The notes under the pieces are model-generated. The model was not told the origin of the DNA. It did not search any database and saw only the letters and a list, made by a program, of their open reading frames with translations. From the NCBI GenBank assembly GCA_965222115.1, contig CBDCTJ010000007.1, positions 288,001 through 352,000 of the forward strand: 64,000 bases of DNA, written 5' to 3'. Made by a program: the position numbers and the translations under genes. The stretch comes from Planctomycetota bacterium (GTDB lineage Bacteria > Planctomycetota > PLA2 > JAEUHO01). This document shows positions 29,005 to 38,654 of this stretch, piece by piece (the stretch's first letter is position 1; every line of letters starts with the position of its first letter).

Positions 29005-29751
29005 ATGAAATCGCTCTATACAGGGCTAGGACTATGGAACGTCGGTGTCTTACTGGCCTTTGCGGTGCTGCTCATCGTGCAGCATACGCAGGGCTTGATG
29101 GCGCCGCACTCGTTTCAGATCGCCGCGGTCTTTGTCGCCGTGTTTTGCTGCCTCGTCCACTCCCTTTTGGTTGTGCATTTCATCGGCACCATGAAGTGGA
29201 TTCAACAGTCAGGTCCCACCGCCGGTCTTGATGAACACCAAACCAAACCGCTGCGCCGCGCGTGGATTCGGGGCGCGATGTTTCCCGTCCTGGTCATGTG
29301 CATGCTGGTTGCCGTGGCCGTCGCGATTCTCTCGGGCGGCAGTCACATGGGATCCATTTCGCCGTGGATCCCCGCCACACTCGCGGTGCTAGCCATACCC
29401 CTCAATGTGCTCGCCATCCCCCTCGCGCGCAACGAACTCGACCGCACCACAACCCGCATGAACGGGCTGGAACAACAAATGGTGCGGCGCGTGCATGCAG
29501 GTCTCGTGCGTAAAGAAGATGACGACGCGCTCATTCCCGAGTCGGGTCGCGCCGGTGGCAAAGTGCTTGTGTTTCTCGCGCTCAATGTGTGGATTCTCTA
29601 CGCCTACATGCGCTTCGTGTTACGTAAACACGACGTGTCGTGGGTGCCCTATGCCATTGGCTGCGCCGTATTGATGGGCATTGGCATCTACATGCTGCGT
29701 GGGCATCAAGATCCGCCCGGCAACAAGACCACGGGCGCGGGCGTCTCGTAG
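29005..29751 (+). CDS. Integral membrane protein, function unknown
   Basis: AGGAG RBS; about six hydrophobic segments. Confidence 0.7.
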   Translation: MKSLYTGLGLWNVGVLLAFAVLLIVQHTQGLMAPHSFQIAAVFVAVFCCLVHSLLVVHFIGTMKWIQQSGPTAGLDEHQTKPLRRAWIRGAMFPVLVMCMLVAVAVAILSGGSHMGSISPWIPATLAVLAIPLNVLAIPLARNELDRTTTRMNGLEQQMVRRVHAGLVRKEDDDALIPESGRAGGKVLVFLALNVWILYAYMRFVLRKHDVSWVPYAIGCAVLMGIGIYMLRGHQDPPGNKTTGAGVS

Positions 29752-30720
29752 CTAGGCGACGGCATCCTTCTTCTTGGGTGGGTAGACCGCAGTCAACGCC
29801 TCGTCAATGGTAGGATACTCAAAGCGAAAGCCGTGAGCGAGCGCACGCTGGGGCGGTGCATTTTGGCCCGCCGTAAGAATCTGCGCCACCTTGCCAAGCA
29901 TCATGCGTAGCGCGAAAGGCGGAACGGGGAAGATGGTGGGCCGCTTGAGTACCTTGCCGAGTGCTTTGGTAAAGACGCGATTGGTGACGGGCGTGGGCGC
30001 CGTGCAGTTGATGGCACGCTCGACGCGCTCGTTCTCCAAACAGAAAACGACAAGACGCACAAGGTCGCGGCGATGAATCCACGACATCATCTGCTTACCC
30101 GAGCCAATGCGACCGCCGGCCCCCAGCTTGAAGATGCGCTCCATTTTGCCAAGCGCCCCACCACCACGTTCAAGGACGATCCCGATGCGTAATCGCACAT
30201 TGCGCACACCGTGAAGGTCTACGCGCTTCGCAGCCGCTTCCCACTCACGGCACATATGCGCGAGGACATCCCGCGGGGCAAACTGCTGCGCATCGAACTC
30301 GTCCTCTGCGCACACATGGTCGGGATCGCGTGCACCGTAAAAGCCAACCGCCGAACCCGACACCAACACCTTGGGACGCACCTCCAGAGCCTCAATCGCA
30401 TCCACCAAGGCGCGCGTGGTTGCGACACGACTGTCGCGCATGAGTTTGAGTGACTCGGGATTCCAACGCTTGCCGAAAATGTTCTCGCCCGCGAGATGTA
30501 TGACGCCCTCGCAGCCTTCAATCGCGCGCTTGACATCGTCGGTCTCAAAGAGATCGGTCTTCGTAATCGTGATCGAGTCGCCCCGCGATGCCGCATCGAG
30601 TTGTTCGGCTGCGCGCTCTTCGTCCCGCACCAGCGCCACCACGTGGTGCCCACGCGCGAGCAACTCGGTCACCAACGGGCGCCCGACGAATCCTGTAGCT
30701 CCGGTCACAGCAACACGCAT
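29752..30720 (-). CDS. TIGR01777 family NAD-dependent epimerase/oxidoreductase (YfcH-like)
   Basis: MRVAVTGATGFVG, HLAGENI..RW, SAVGFYG, LRIGIVL, GSGKQMMSWIH; GAGGA RBS before ATG 30720. Confidence 0.92.
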   Translation of the reverse strand: MRVAVTGATGFVGRPLVTELLARGHHVVALVRDEERAAEQLDAASRGDSITITKTDLFETDDVKRAIEGCEGVIHLAGENIFGKRWNPESLKLMRDSRVATTRALVDAIEALEVRPKVLVSGSAVGFYGARDPDHVCAEDEFDAQQFAPRDVLAHMCREWEAAAKRVDLHGVRNVRLRIGIVLERGGGALGKMERIFKLGAGGRIGSGKQMMSWIHRRDLVRLVVFCLENERVERAINCTAPTPVTNRVFTKALGKVLKRPTIFPVPPFALRMMLGKVAQILTAGQNAPPQRALAHGFRFEYPTIDEALTAVYPPKKKDAVA

Positions 30721-30904
30721 AGCAGTCCTCACGCAAGAGAGTCGCGGGCGTACGATACGGAGTCGGAGCAAGATTCGCAGGTTTTGGCCATAGGGCACGC
30801 CTCTGAATGCCTGGTGGCCCAAACTGTTGAGCAAAATTGCGGTACGGTGCACCGCGGACGCCCACGCCTCACATGCATAGGCAGAGCGAGCAGAATCGAG
30901 TTGA

Positions 30905-33736
30905 CTACTTGATCTGTCCTTGCGCCAGCATCTCGAAGCACATGGCCATCAATGCGGTCGAGTAGACGCGACCTCCCTCGCGGCCCCATACCCCGGCAGG
31001 CGCCCACGATCCTCGTAGGCCGCAGTAGGTTCCGTCCTTCTCTTGCTGTTTGAGGACACCCGTTCTCATTGCGGTTTCCCATTTTTTCCACGTACTCGGG
31101 AAACCTCGCTGAAGCGCCAGGGTGCCAAAGTACCAGTAGATCATGTCAATGGATTCACGGCTTGGATCCCACGCGGGTAGCTTCCGTCGCAAGAGTTGCT
31201 CGCTGAGCTTGAGTATCCTACTCTTCTTCGGGTTTTCACCCCGCGCAAGCCTTAGCATCATTCCCATGGCCGTGGGAGCCTCGGACTCAGGGATGAAATC
31301 CAACGATTCACGTTTGTCATAACGTTTGGGAGACGAACCTCGCGAATCATATCCGACGCGCCCGTAATCGGGATCTGTAACCTTATCAAGCCACGCCTGG
31401 ATGCCTTCACCGGCGTCTTTGTCAAAGCGTTCAGGATCAGCCGTGAGGGCTAAGTCCTCGAAACGCTTGTCGCTGTCGCCAAGATGGCTCCGTAGGTACT
31501 GATCGATTCGAATTGCCGAGTTGTGCGCCAACGCCATCCATGCCGTTACGGATGTGTTGTTCTCTCCCGGACCGGGCGTGTATCCCCAAGCAAAGTACGG
31601 CCTTCTCGCCTTCCGAATGTAACGCATGCCTCGCCGCGCTGATTCGAGCGCACCCCAATCTCCACACATGCCATATGACTCGATCATGGCAAGAGTTGCA
31701 ATCGCGTGATTGTAGTGATTTGGCGCATTCGTGCGACCTGGACCCCAAAAAGCGCCATTATCTTGCTGTGCGCGCCTGGTGAGAAAGCGCAAGCCATCGC
31801 GAACGGTGCGCGAGAAATCATTCCTACCGTATTGTGTATATCCGGCACTAAGAAACGCACGAGTTGCGAGAGCCGTAACGCCAATGACGTAGCGATCATC
31901 ACCCCGGTTACCGCGCGCTCTCTCATTTACCTTACTCTCTACTCCGTGACACCAGCGATGGGAGTCTCCCGGTAGCCATGAACCGTCGTCGCATTGATGC
32001 GCGTCGAGCCAGCGTAGCGCTTCTTCAATGGCGCGCCGATAGCCTTTTCCGTAGTTCGTTCTCCGCGGCGCTACCATTCGCGAAACTCGTTCCGGGTAGG
32101 CGCCACCCAAGAAGGCCGGGAAGCCGCTCGTTCGACGACTGCCCTCTTCTTCCTTGTATCGCTTGTCGTAATATGCGACCTGTGACTCTGCCCACGCTTC
32201 GCCCATTAGATCCTTGGATGCGCGCTTTGAGATCGCAACCGTCGTGGACGCACGCCGAGTTCGCTTCATGACTCGCGAATCGCTCTTCACCTCGGGGAGG
32301 TTGCCTTCTTGCTTCTTGGAAGGCGAGAACGCTAATGTGCCATTGAGCGCCACGCGACCTTGCATAACGGCATCAATCAAGGAGTACTCTTGGAACGCGA
32401 ACGGATCCGACCAAGCACGTTGTTCAAGTGTTATGCGATCTGCGATCGACGAGTCTACCGAACTCGCACGAGGCAAGTAAATGTACGGAAACATCCCTTG
32501 CTGGTGGACGGCGCCAATCGTTGCGAAGACCAATCCAGCCGGCACGTATCGATCCGTCTGATGCGGTACGGAAAGCAGCAGATTGTTGCCTCCGCTTTCC
32601 GGTCCCTTGGGAGGACGCGAGATCGCCCCACCGACTGCGTCGTGGACAGAGGCTAAGGTCAGTGGATCACCCGCCCAGTCTTCAGGCAGGAAAGCCATCA
32701 CATGACGTTCAAAGTTCCGGCGTGGCAGCTTCCTATTCGCCTGCGTGGGGTGCATCGCCAATCCGATCCGAAATCCAGACCGGCGATTCGTTGCTCGATC
32801 AAGCCCGCCGATCCATACGTCGTGAATGGCGTTCTCCTCACGAGCAAGCACCTCAAGAATCCAGCGTACAGCTCGCCAGCGCACACGCGCATGAACCTGA
32901 AGAACAACAGAGAGCTGGTACTTGTCACCGGCGCGGCGACCACCTTCTACGGCGCGGCTCCGTAGCGCGCGAACCAAGGTGCCGGGTGCTATGGAGTAGC
33001 CACCATCTAGACAAAGCCCTCCGTGCGCGCCGATCACAATCTCGGCGACGTCTCGACCTTGTGGCAATGCCCCGGCGGCCCTCCATCGAGGCAAAATGGC
33101 CTGCTCAAGACCTGGAAGCGCACGCGTGCTCTTGTCGACTTCCCACGCCCACCTTCCTCCGGCTTGTCGGGCAAATAGAAATCGCAGCCTCGAGTTGGGC
33201 TTTACGATTTCCATGATGTTCCAATGGCCCTTACGGCTACGCCGAGCCACGTACGACAATGCGCCGCTATACGCTGAGGGGGCGTGGACCTTCAATACGC
33301 CACGGCAGTGTCTCCCATCATGTTCGCGCGTGATAGATTGAACATAGCGAGGCTGAATAAGGGCGTACGGCAGATTCGGCTGCGTTCGCAGTTCCTTGGG
33401 AACCTCCAAGGCATTAAGCACAACCGATTTGTCGTCGGTCAAGACCTGAAGATCTGACTTGCGTCGGCTCGTTTCCGTAACGTGCGGCTTTACGTAAAGC
33501 AACTGCCACACGAATTGCGGATCGCCCTCGGATTCCCCACCGAGCATGTGTATCCCAAACATAGCGTCAGCGCCCGTTTCGTGCTGTAGCAGTCGTATCA
33601 GCTCTTTTTCGCTTATCTCACTCCCCTCTTTGGCGTGAATTTGTGCATTCGACACCAAACATATGACAAGTAGTGTGAAGGTCGTCAGGTACTTGGATTG
33701 ACGCCACAAACACGACCTGTTCTCTACTTGATCCAT
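30905..33736 (-). CDS. Secreted multidomain protein with C-terminal prenyltransferase/squalene-oxidase-like repeats and a central ExbD-like segment
   Basis: GAGGAGG RBS; signal peptide; ALRWLDAHQCDDGSW, GVTALA, YNHAIATLAM, NTSVTAW, YWYFGTLAL, GSW.P...WG.EGGRVYSTAL motifs. Confidence 0.8.
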   Translation of the reverse strand: MDQVENRSCLWRQSKYLTTFTLLVICLVSNAQIHAKEGSEISEKELIRLLQHETGADAMFGIHMLGGESEGDPQFVWQLLYVKPHVTETSRRKSDLQVLTDDKSVVLNALEVPKELRTQPNLPYALIQPRYVQSITREHDGRHCRGVLKVHAPSAYSGALSYVARRSRKGHWNIMEIVKPNSRLRFLFARQAGGRWAWEVDKSTRALPGLEQAILPRWRAAGALPQGRDVAEIVIGAHGGLCLDGGYSIAPGTLVRALRSRAVEGGRRAGDKYQLSVVLQVHARVRWRAVRWILEVLAREENAIHDVWIGGLDRATNRRSGFRIGLAMHPTQANRKLPRRNFERHVMAFLPEDWAGDPLTLASVHDAVGGAISRPPKGPESGGNNLLLSVPHQTDRYVPAGLVFATIGAVHQQGMFPYIYLPRASSVDSSIADRITLEQRAWSDPFAFQEYSLIDAVMQGRVALNGTLAFSPSKKQEGNLPEVKSDSRVMKRTRRASTTVAISKRASKDLMGEAWAESQVAYYDKRYKEEEGSRRTSGFPAFLGGAYPERVSRMVAPRRTNYGKGYRRAIEEALRWLDAHQCDDGSWLPGDSHRWCHGVESKVNERARGNRGDDRYVIGVTALATRAFLSAGYTQYGRNDFSRTVRDGLRFLTRRAQQDNGAFWGPGRTNAPNHYNHAIATLAMIESYGMCGDWGALESARRGMRYIRKARRPYFAWGYTPGPGENNTSVTAWMALAHNSAIRIDQYLRSHLGDSDKRFEDLALTADPERFDKDAGEGIQAWLDKVTDPDYGRVGYDSRGSSPKRYDKRESLDFIPESEAPTAMGMMLRLARGENPKKSRILKLSEQLLRRKLPAWDPSRESIDMIYWYFGTLALQRGFPSTWKKWETAMRTGVLKQQEKDGTYCGLRGSWAPAGVWGREGGRVYSTALMAMCFEMLAQGQIK

Positions 33737-33791
33737 GGATCCTCCTCGTACTTGATCTACTACGCTGTTATGGCACGGATCCTAGCCCGGG

Positions 33792-35753
33792 CTAAGATTC
33801 CCCCTCCGCATACTGATCACGCAACGCCTCCACAACGGCGGGGTCTGCCAACGTAGTCGTGTCACCAAGAGCGTCGCCATCAGCAATGGCGCGCAATAGA
33901 CGACGCATGATCTTGCCACTGCGGGTCTTGGGTAGGTCGGCGGTGAAGAAGATTTCGTCGGGGCGGCCGATGGCGCCAATCTTCTTGGCGACGTGGGCGC
34001 GCAGCGTTTGCTTGAGTTCGTCGCTCGCGGTTGCCGTTCCTCGCAACGTGACAAAAGCAGCAATGGCTTGGCCCTTGACGGCGTGGGCGGCTCCCACGAC
34101 GGCAGACTCGGCAACCGACTCGTGATCCACGAGCGCCGATTCAACTTCCATGGTCGAAATGTTATGCCCCGATACCAACATGATGTCGTCTACACGCCCG
34201 AGCAACCATAGGTAGCCATCTTCATCGAGCTTGCACCCGTCCCCGGGAAAGTACTTGCCTGGGAACTTGGACCAATACACGTCTTTGTAGCGCTGATCGT
34301 CGCCATAGACGGTGCGCAACATGGACGGCCAGGGCTTGGTTACAACGAGATAGCCACCGCCACCATTCTTTACCGAATTCCCCTCGTCATCTACTACATC
34401 TACGGCAATGCCAGGCAACGCGCGGCATGCGGAACCGGGCTTCGTATTCGTCAATCCGGGAAGCGGGCTCACCATGATGGCACCGGTTTCGGTCTGCCAC
34501 CAGGTGTCCACAATCGGGCAGCGCTCGCCGCCGATATGTTTGTGGTACCACATCCATGCCTCCGGATTAATGGGCTCGCCCACACTGCCGAGCAGGCGCA
34601 ACGAACCTAAATCGTGCTTCTCGGGATACTCGGTGCCCCATCCCATGAACGCGCGAATCGCCGTGGGCGCGGTGTAGAGAACCGTCACGCCGTAGCGCGC
34701 AACAATCGACCACAATCGATCTTTGTCGGGATGATTGGGCGCACCTTCATACATGACGCCCGTGGTGGCGTTGCAAAGCGGACCATACACGATGTAGCTG
34801 TGGCCGGTAACCCAACCAATATCGGCCGCGCACCAATACACATCGTCGGGTTTGATGTCGAAGACCAATCGATGCGTGGTCGCCGTTCCCACCATGTAGC
34901 CACCGGTTGTGTGTGCGATGCCCTTGGGCTTCCCCGTCGTGCCACTCGTATAGAGAATGTAGAGCAAATCCTCGGCATCCATGGGCTCGGGCGCGCAGGT
35001 GTCGGCACGGCCGTCCACAACACTGTGGTACCAATGATCGCGGCCCTTCACCATCGGCAGTGACGCGGTGGAGGCATCTTGATCGCCGATGCGTTTCACG
35101 ACGACTACGGTCTCAACGCCATCCACGCGCTTGAGGGCTTCATCGACATTGGCTTTCAACGGTACAACGTTTCCGCGTCGCCAGGAACCATCGGCCGTTA
35201 ACACGATATGACTGTCGGAGTCGGTTATGCGATCCACTAAGGCGTCGGGGCTAAACCCACCAAAGACAACCGAATGCGCGGCGCCGATACGCGCACAAGC
35301 AAGCATGGAGATGGCCAACTCGGGAATCATTCCCATATAAATCGTGACGCGATCGCCCTTCTTGACGCCGAGATCGCGCAGACCATTGGCTAGACGACAC
35401 ACGTCCCGAAGCACGTCGCTGTAGGTAAGCGTCTTCTTGTCCCCGGGTTCACCCTCAAAGTACCAACACACTTTGTCGCCGTGGCCGGTATCCACATGGC
35501 GATCCAAACAGTTGACCGTGATGTTCAGCTTCGCATCAACGAACCACTTGGCAAAGGGCAACTGCCAATCAAGCACCTGCGACCACGGATTCATCCATGA
35601 AAACGTCTTGGCCTGCGTCTCCCAATACGCTTCGATGTCTTCGCCCGCCTTGTAGATGGCCGAATCGTTCGCGTTGGCTTGCTTTACGAAGTCCTTCGAC
35701 GGAGCGAATACCCGTGATTCATCCAGCAGCGTGTCTATCGTCTTTTTTGACAT
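33792..35753 (-). CDS. acs: Acetyl-CoA synthetase
   Basis: LYTSGTTGKPKG, ADIGWVTGHSY, VGEPINP, DTWWQTETG, GRVDD, LPKTRSGKIMRR; GAGGAG RBS before ATG 35753. Confidence 0.96.
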   Translation of the reverse strand: MSKKTIDTLLDESRVFAPSKDFVKQANANDSAIYKAGEDIEAYWETQAKTFSWMNPWSQVLDWQLPFAKWFVDAKLNITVNCLDRHVDTGHGDKVCWYFEGEPGDKKTLTYSDVLRDVCRLANGLRDLGVKKGDRVTIYMGMIPELAISMLACARIGAAHSVVFGGFSPDALVDRITDSDSHIVLTADGSWRRGNVVPLKANVDEALKRVDGVETVVVVKRIGDQDASTASLPMVKGRDHWYHSVVDGRADTCAPEPMDAEDLLYILYTSGTTGKPKGIAHTTGGYMVGTATTHRLVFDIKPDDVYWCAADIGWVTGHSYIVYGPLCNATTGVMYEGAPNHPDKDRLWSIVARYGVTVLYTAPTAIRAFMGWGTEYPEKHDLGSLRLLGSVGEPINPEAWMWYHKHIGGERCPIVDTWWQTETGAIMVSPLPGLTNTKPGSACRALPGIAVDVVDDEGNSVKNGGGGYLVVTKPWPSMLRTVYGDDQRYKDVYWSKFPGKYFPGDGCKLDEDGYLWLLGRVDDIMLVSGHNISTMEVESALVDHESVAESAVVGAAHAVKGQAIAAFVTLRGTATASDELKQTLRAHVAKKIGAIGRPDEIFFTADLPKTRSGKIMRRLLRAIADGDALGDTTTLADPAVVEALRDQYAEGES

Positions 35754-35909
35754 GGGTGGCTCCTCGCCCAAAACTGTTATGAGCGAGCGGCGAGTGTACG
35801 CGATAGAGTTCACGTTGCTCATGTGTCGAGGACGAGATCAACGCACGCAATGGACTCGTGGGGCATGTTCAAGCACCACGAGGGCTAAAAACGAGCGTAC
35901 GATAGCGCC

Positions 35910-36137
35910 ATGAAATCCGAGCCGCTCACGCGCGAAGCACTCCACCGCTTCATTGACGATGTTCGGCCGCGTTGCCTCTGGTACCTTCGAAAGGACTACT
36001 ACCCCACCACGCGCAAGCAGATGCTCGACGTGCTTAGTGCCATTGAGCGCCAAAGCAACGTAGAGACCTTCCAGCGCGCACGAGCGTTTCGCCAATGGCT
36101 CTTACGGAATTTCAACGACGCGTCTGCCGGCTCCTAG
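35910..36137 (+). CDS. Small hypothetical protein, putative antitoxin-like partner of a nucleotidyltransferase
   Basis: 75 aa, RCLWYLRKDYYP...LSAIER...FQRA...RQWL. Resembles small proteins I recall upstream of AbiEii-like nucleotidyltransferases (unverified). Confidence 0.55.
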   Translation: MKSEPLTREALHRFIDDVRPRCLWYLRKDYYPTTRKQMLDVLSAIERQSNVETFQRARAFRQWLLRNFNDASAGS

Positions 36138-36247
36138 CGAGATATGAAAAGCCGCAATCATCCGTTCGCTGTGTTCTTGATCTCGCTTCTGGCCTGCCTT
36201 GTCGTAATTCCAACGGCACGAGCCGAGGACGAAACCGCCACCCTTGA
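36095..36247 (+). pseudogene. Truncated start of a putative AbiEii-like nucleotidyltransferase
   Basis: ATG 36095 overlaps the small gene's end and reads MALTEFQRRVCRLLA, then runs out of frame into the next gene and stops after 50 codons. Confidence 0.45.
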
Positions 36248-37778
36248 CCGCGTCATCGACGTGTTGAGGCCGCTCGTCGAGGGATCCGGATGGCGCACAT
36301 CGATTCGAACGCTTAACACGTCTCAACATGACGTAACAACAAGCAGCGCAGCCAAGACGACCGATGTCGGAATGCAGGCTTCGAAGATGCTTTTCGCTCA
36401 TTCGACTCACCCATGCGCGTCATTTTCGGCTGTTGTTGGACGTTTCCAGACGCTCAAACAAGCCAACAAGTGGCTCGTGCTTCAGCGTCCTCGCGACGTG
36501 CGTCCTGATTTTATCTCATCGCCTCGACTGCCAAAGCTCACATCCACCAGCAAGGGCGTTGGAGCGCAACGAAGCGAACGTGGTCATGTCGCAATGTTCG
36601 AACAGCCCTTCTCGCAGCGTACACCACGCATGGAACTCATCGTCGTCGTTGATCGTTTCGTGGTGTTACTCACAACAACGGGCGTCGCAGACGATCAGAT
36701 TCCGAAGCTGCACGCGGCTGTGGATGCCATTGCAGCAACAATTCGATCGCCGGAGAAGGCCAAGCAACGAGCAACGCTTGAGACGCTCGATGTGGAGACG
36801 CCTACGGCGTGTCGATCTATTCGCGTGCGGCTGTCGATGGAGGGGTCGCAGGCGAAGCACCCCTTCGGAGAGCTCTCCGCGTTTGCGCCTAGCCAATCAA
36901 TGACACCGCCCAGCCGCACACTTCTTGCACTTGGACCACCCCGCCGAGCAACCGCCGTAGATCGTGATTGGCTCGTACCAATTGATGATCAGAGCCGCGT
37001 TGCGTTACTCCACGCCGCGCCAGGACTTGATGAAGCGTGTTTCGTCGTGCTCTTGCCCAAGGCCGACCGGCGTGTTCAAGAGGTCACGCTCTATCGAACA
37101 CCCGCCGCGTGGCGCGTATCGGGACGCGTTGCATTACCGAAGGGCGTCACCGTCCATCCCACCGCCTTGACTGTAGCGCTAACGCCGAGGAAGTTCCCGG
37201 GTCTACTCCCAACGCCCGCATTGGATTACGCTCACGCGCGAACCGTGATCGGCTATTCATTGATGCAAGCAGCGGATGAGAACCGTCCCGTCGTTGTGCG
37301 CGCCGATCGACTTCGTCGAACACGCGTAGACGCAGACGGATCGTGGTCCGTGCTTGTTGACAAACCGGGCACCTACTACGCGCAGATTGAAGGGCCCGGC
37401 CTGCGAGCAACAGCATCCATTCCCGCAACTCCACTCAACGACAAGAACGAAAGCACCGAGGTCACCCCACTCCACCGCGTGTTCGCCGTAGACCTTCACG
37501 TCGAGTGCGATCCAACAGCAAGTCCGTCGTTGTTTCACGATGTCCTGGTGGAACTTGACGGCCATACGAATGCCAAGCTTCGGCGGGCAGGCCCAACATC
37601 AAGCTGGTTCTACGCATCGATTCTCGCCGATCGTGGCGAATCAACCCTACGCGTTCATGGGCTACCGGGCTCGCCCACAAACTACAAGCCCCTTGAGATT
37701 CCGCTTTGTGTTGCCGGGCCCACGACGATTCACATCCCCTGGGGCAAGGCGCCGGTCGTGAGGCAAGTAACGCGTTAG
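36144..37778 (+). CDS. Secreted hypothetical protein, beta-rich C-terminal half
   Basis: 544-aa ORF, signal peptide ending ARA; RVSGRV...TRVDADGSW...PGTY resembles a carboxypeptidase-regulatory-like domain. Confidence 0.68.
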   Translation: MKSRNHPFAVFLISLLACLVVIPTARAEDETATLDRVIDVLRPLVEGSGWRTSIRTLNTSQHDVTTSSAAKTTDVGMQASKMLFAHSTHPCASFSAVVGRFQTLKQANKWLVLQRPRDVRPDFISSPRLPKLTSTSKGVGAQRSERGHVAMFEQPFSQRTPRMELIVVVDRFVVLLTTTGVADDQIPKLHAAVDAIAATIRSPEKAKQRATLETLDVETPTACRSIRVRLSMEGSQAKHPFGELSAFAPSQSMTPPSRTLLALGPPRRATAVDRDWLVPIDDQSRVALLHAAPGLDEACFVVLLPKADRRVQEVTLYRTPAAWRVSGRVALPKGVTVHPTALTVALTPRKFPGLLPTPALDYAHARTVIGYSLMQAADENRPVVVRADRLRRTRVDADGSWSVLVDKPGTYYAQIEGPGLRATASIPATPLNDKNESTEVTPLHRVFAVDLHVECDPTASPSLFHDVLVELDGHTNAKLRRAGPTSSWFYASILADRGESTLRVHGLPGSPTNYKPLEIPLCVAGPTTIHIPWGKAPVVRQVTR

Positions 37779-38536
37779 AAACGAGGTCGGCGCCGACGGC
37801 GAACCGGACGCGCAGCTTTCGGCGGGGCATCGTGCACGGCCTTGGCGGCAATGCGCTTGAAGCGCTCGGCGAACAACATCCGCAGAAACGCCATGATGAT
37901 GAGTCCGGCAACAAAGCCACCAATGTGAGCCATGTGGGCGACGCCGCCTCCGTCACCGCTTTCGACTTTGCCCATATACCGCATGACGACCGGCAGACCA
38001 TCTTGGAGCGCGAACCAAAGCAAGATCATGATGAGCGCGCTTACGTGAAATACACGCACCATGAGATAAAGGAACAGCAGCTTCACCTTGTTCTTGGGGC
38101 ACGCGATCAGATACATGCCCTGCACACCGCTGATGGCGCCCGATGCACCCACCAAGGGAATGTCGCTTGCTGACTCGGGCGCAAAATGAGCGTAGACGAG
38201 CGTGGCGGCGGCCCCCGCAACCAGATACGCGACCAGATAGCCAACGTGTCCCAACCGAGCTTCCACGTTGTCACCAAAGATCCATAGAAACAGCATGTTA
38301 CTGGCAAGATGCATGAATCCGGCGTGCATGAACAAGGACGTGAGCAACGTGTGGTGGGTCGGTCCGTATGAGGGCCGGTACGCGTAGGGATCCATCAGCT
38401 CGCTGTAGGCCTTCGTGTCGCCACCGGTCATGGCAAACATGACGGCAAAAATCAAAATGTTGGCGGCCAGAATGGCGTAGTTCATCCACGGGCGATGCGA
38501 CTTGATGTTGGGGGTGTCGCCGAAGGGTAGCAGCAC
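37775..38536 (-). CDS. Rhomboid family intramembrane serine protease
   Basis: LLPFGD start, SLFMHAGFMHLASNMLFLWIFGDNVE, catalytic GASG and AHIGGF. Confidence 0.93.
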   Translation of the reverse strand: MLLPFGDTPNIKSHRPWMNYAILAANILIFAVMFAMTGGDTKAYSELMDPYAYRPSYGPTHHTLLTSLFMHAGFMHLASNMLFLWIFGDNVEARLGHVGYLVAYLVAGAAATLVYAHFAPESASDIPLVGASGAISGVQGMYLIACPKNKVKLLFLYLMVRVFHVSALIMILLWFALQDGLPVVMRYMGKVESGDGGGVAHMAHIGGFVAGLIIMAFLRMLFAERFKRIAAKAVHDAPPKAARPVRRRRRPRF

Positions 38537-38654
38537 AGGCAGGCTCCGATGTGAACGGCACTGTACTGGCACCCCGACGCAAGACGTGCGAAATGATGCC
38601 TGCCAGTCGTCCCTTCTGTCCCCTGCTCCAACCGCGTCGACGTATCCTCTCGGC

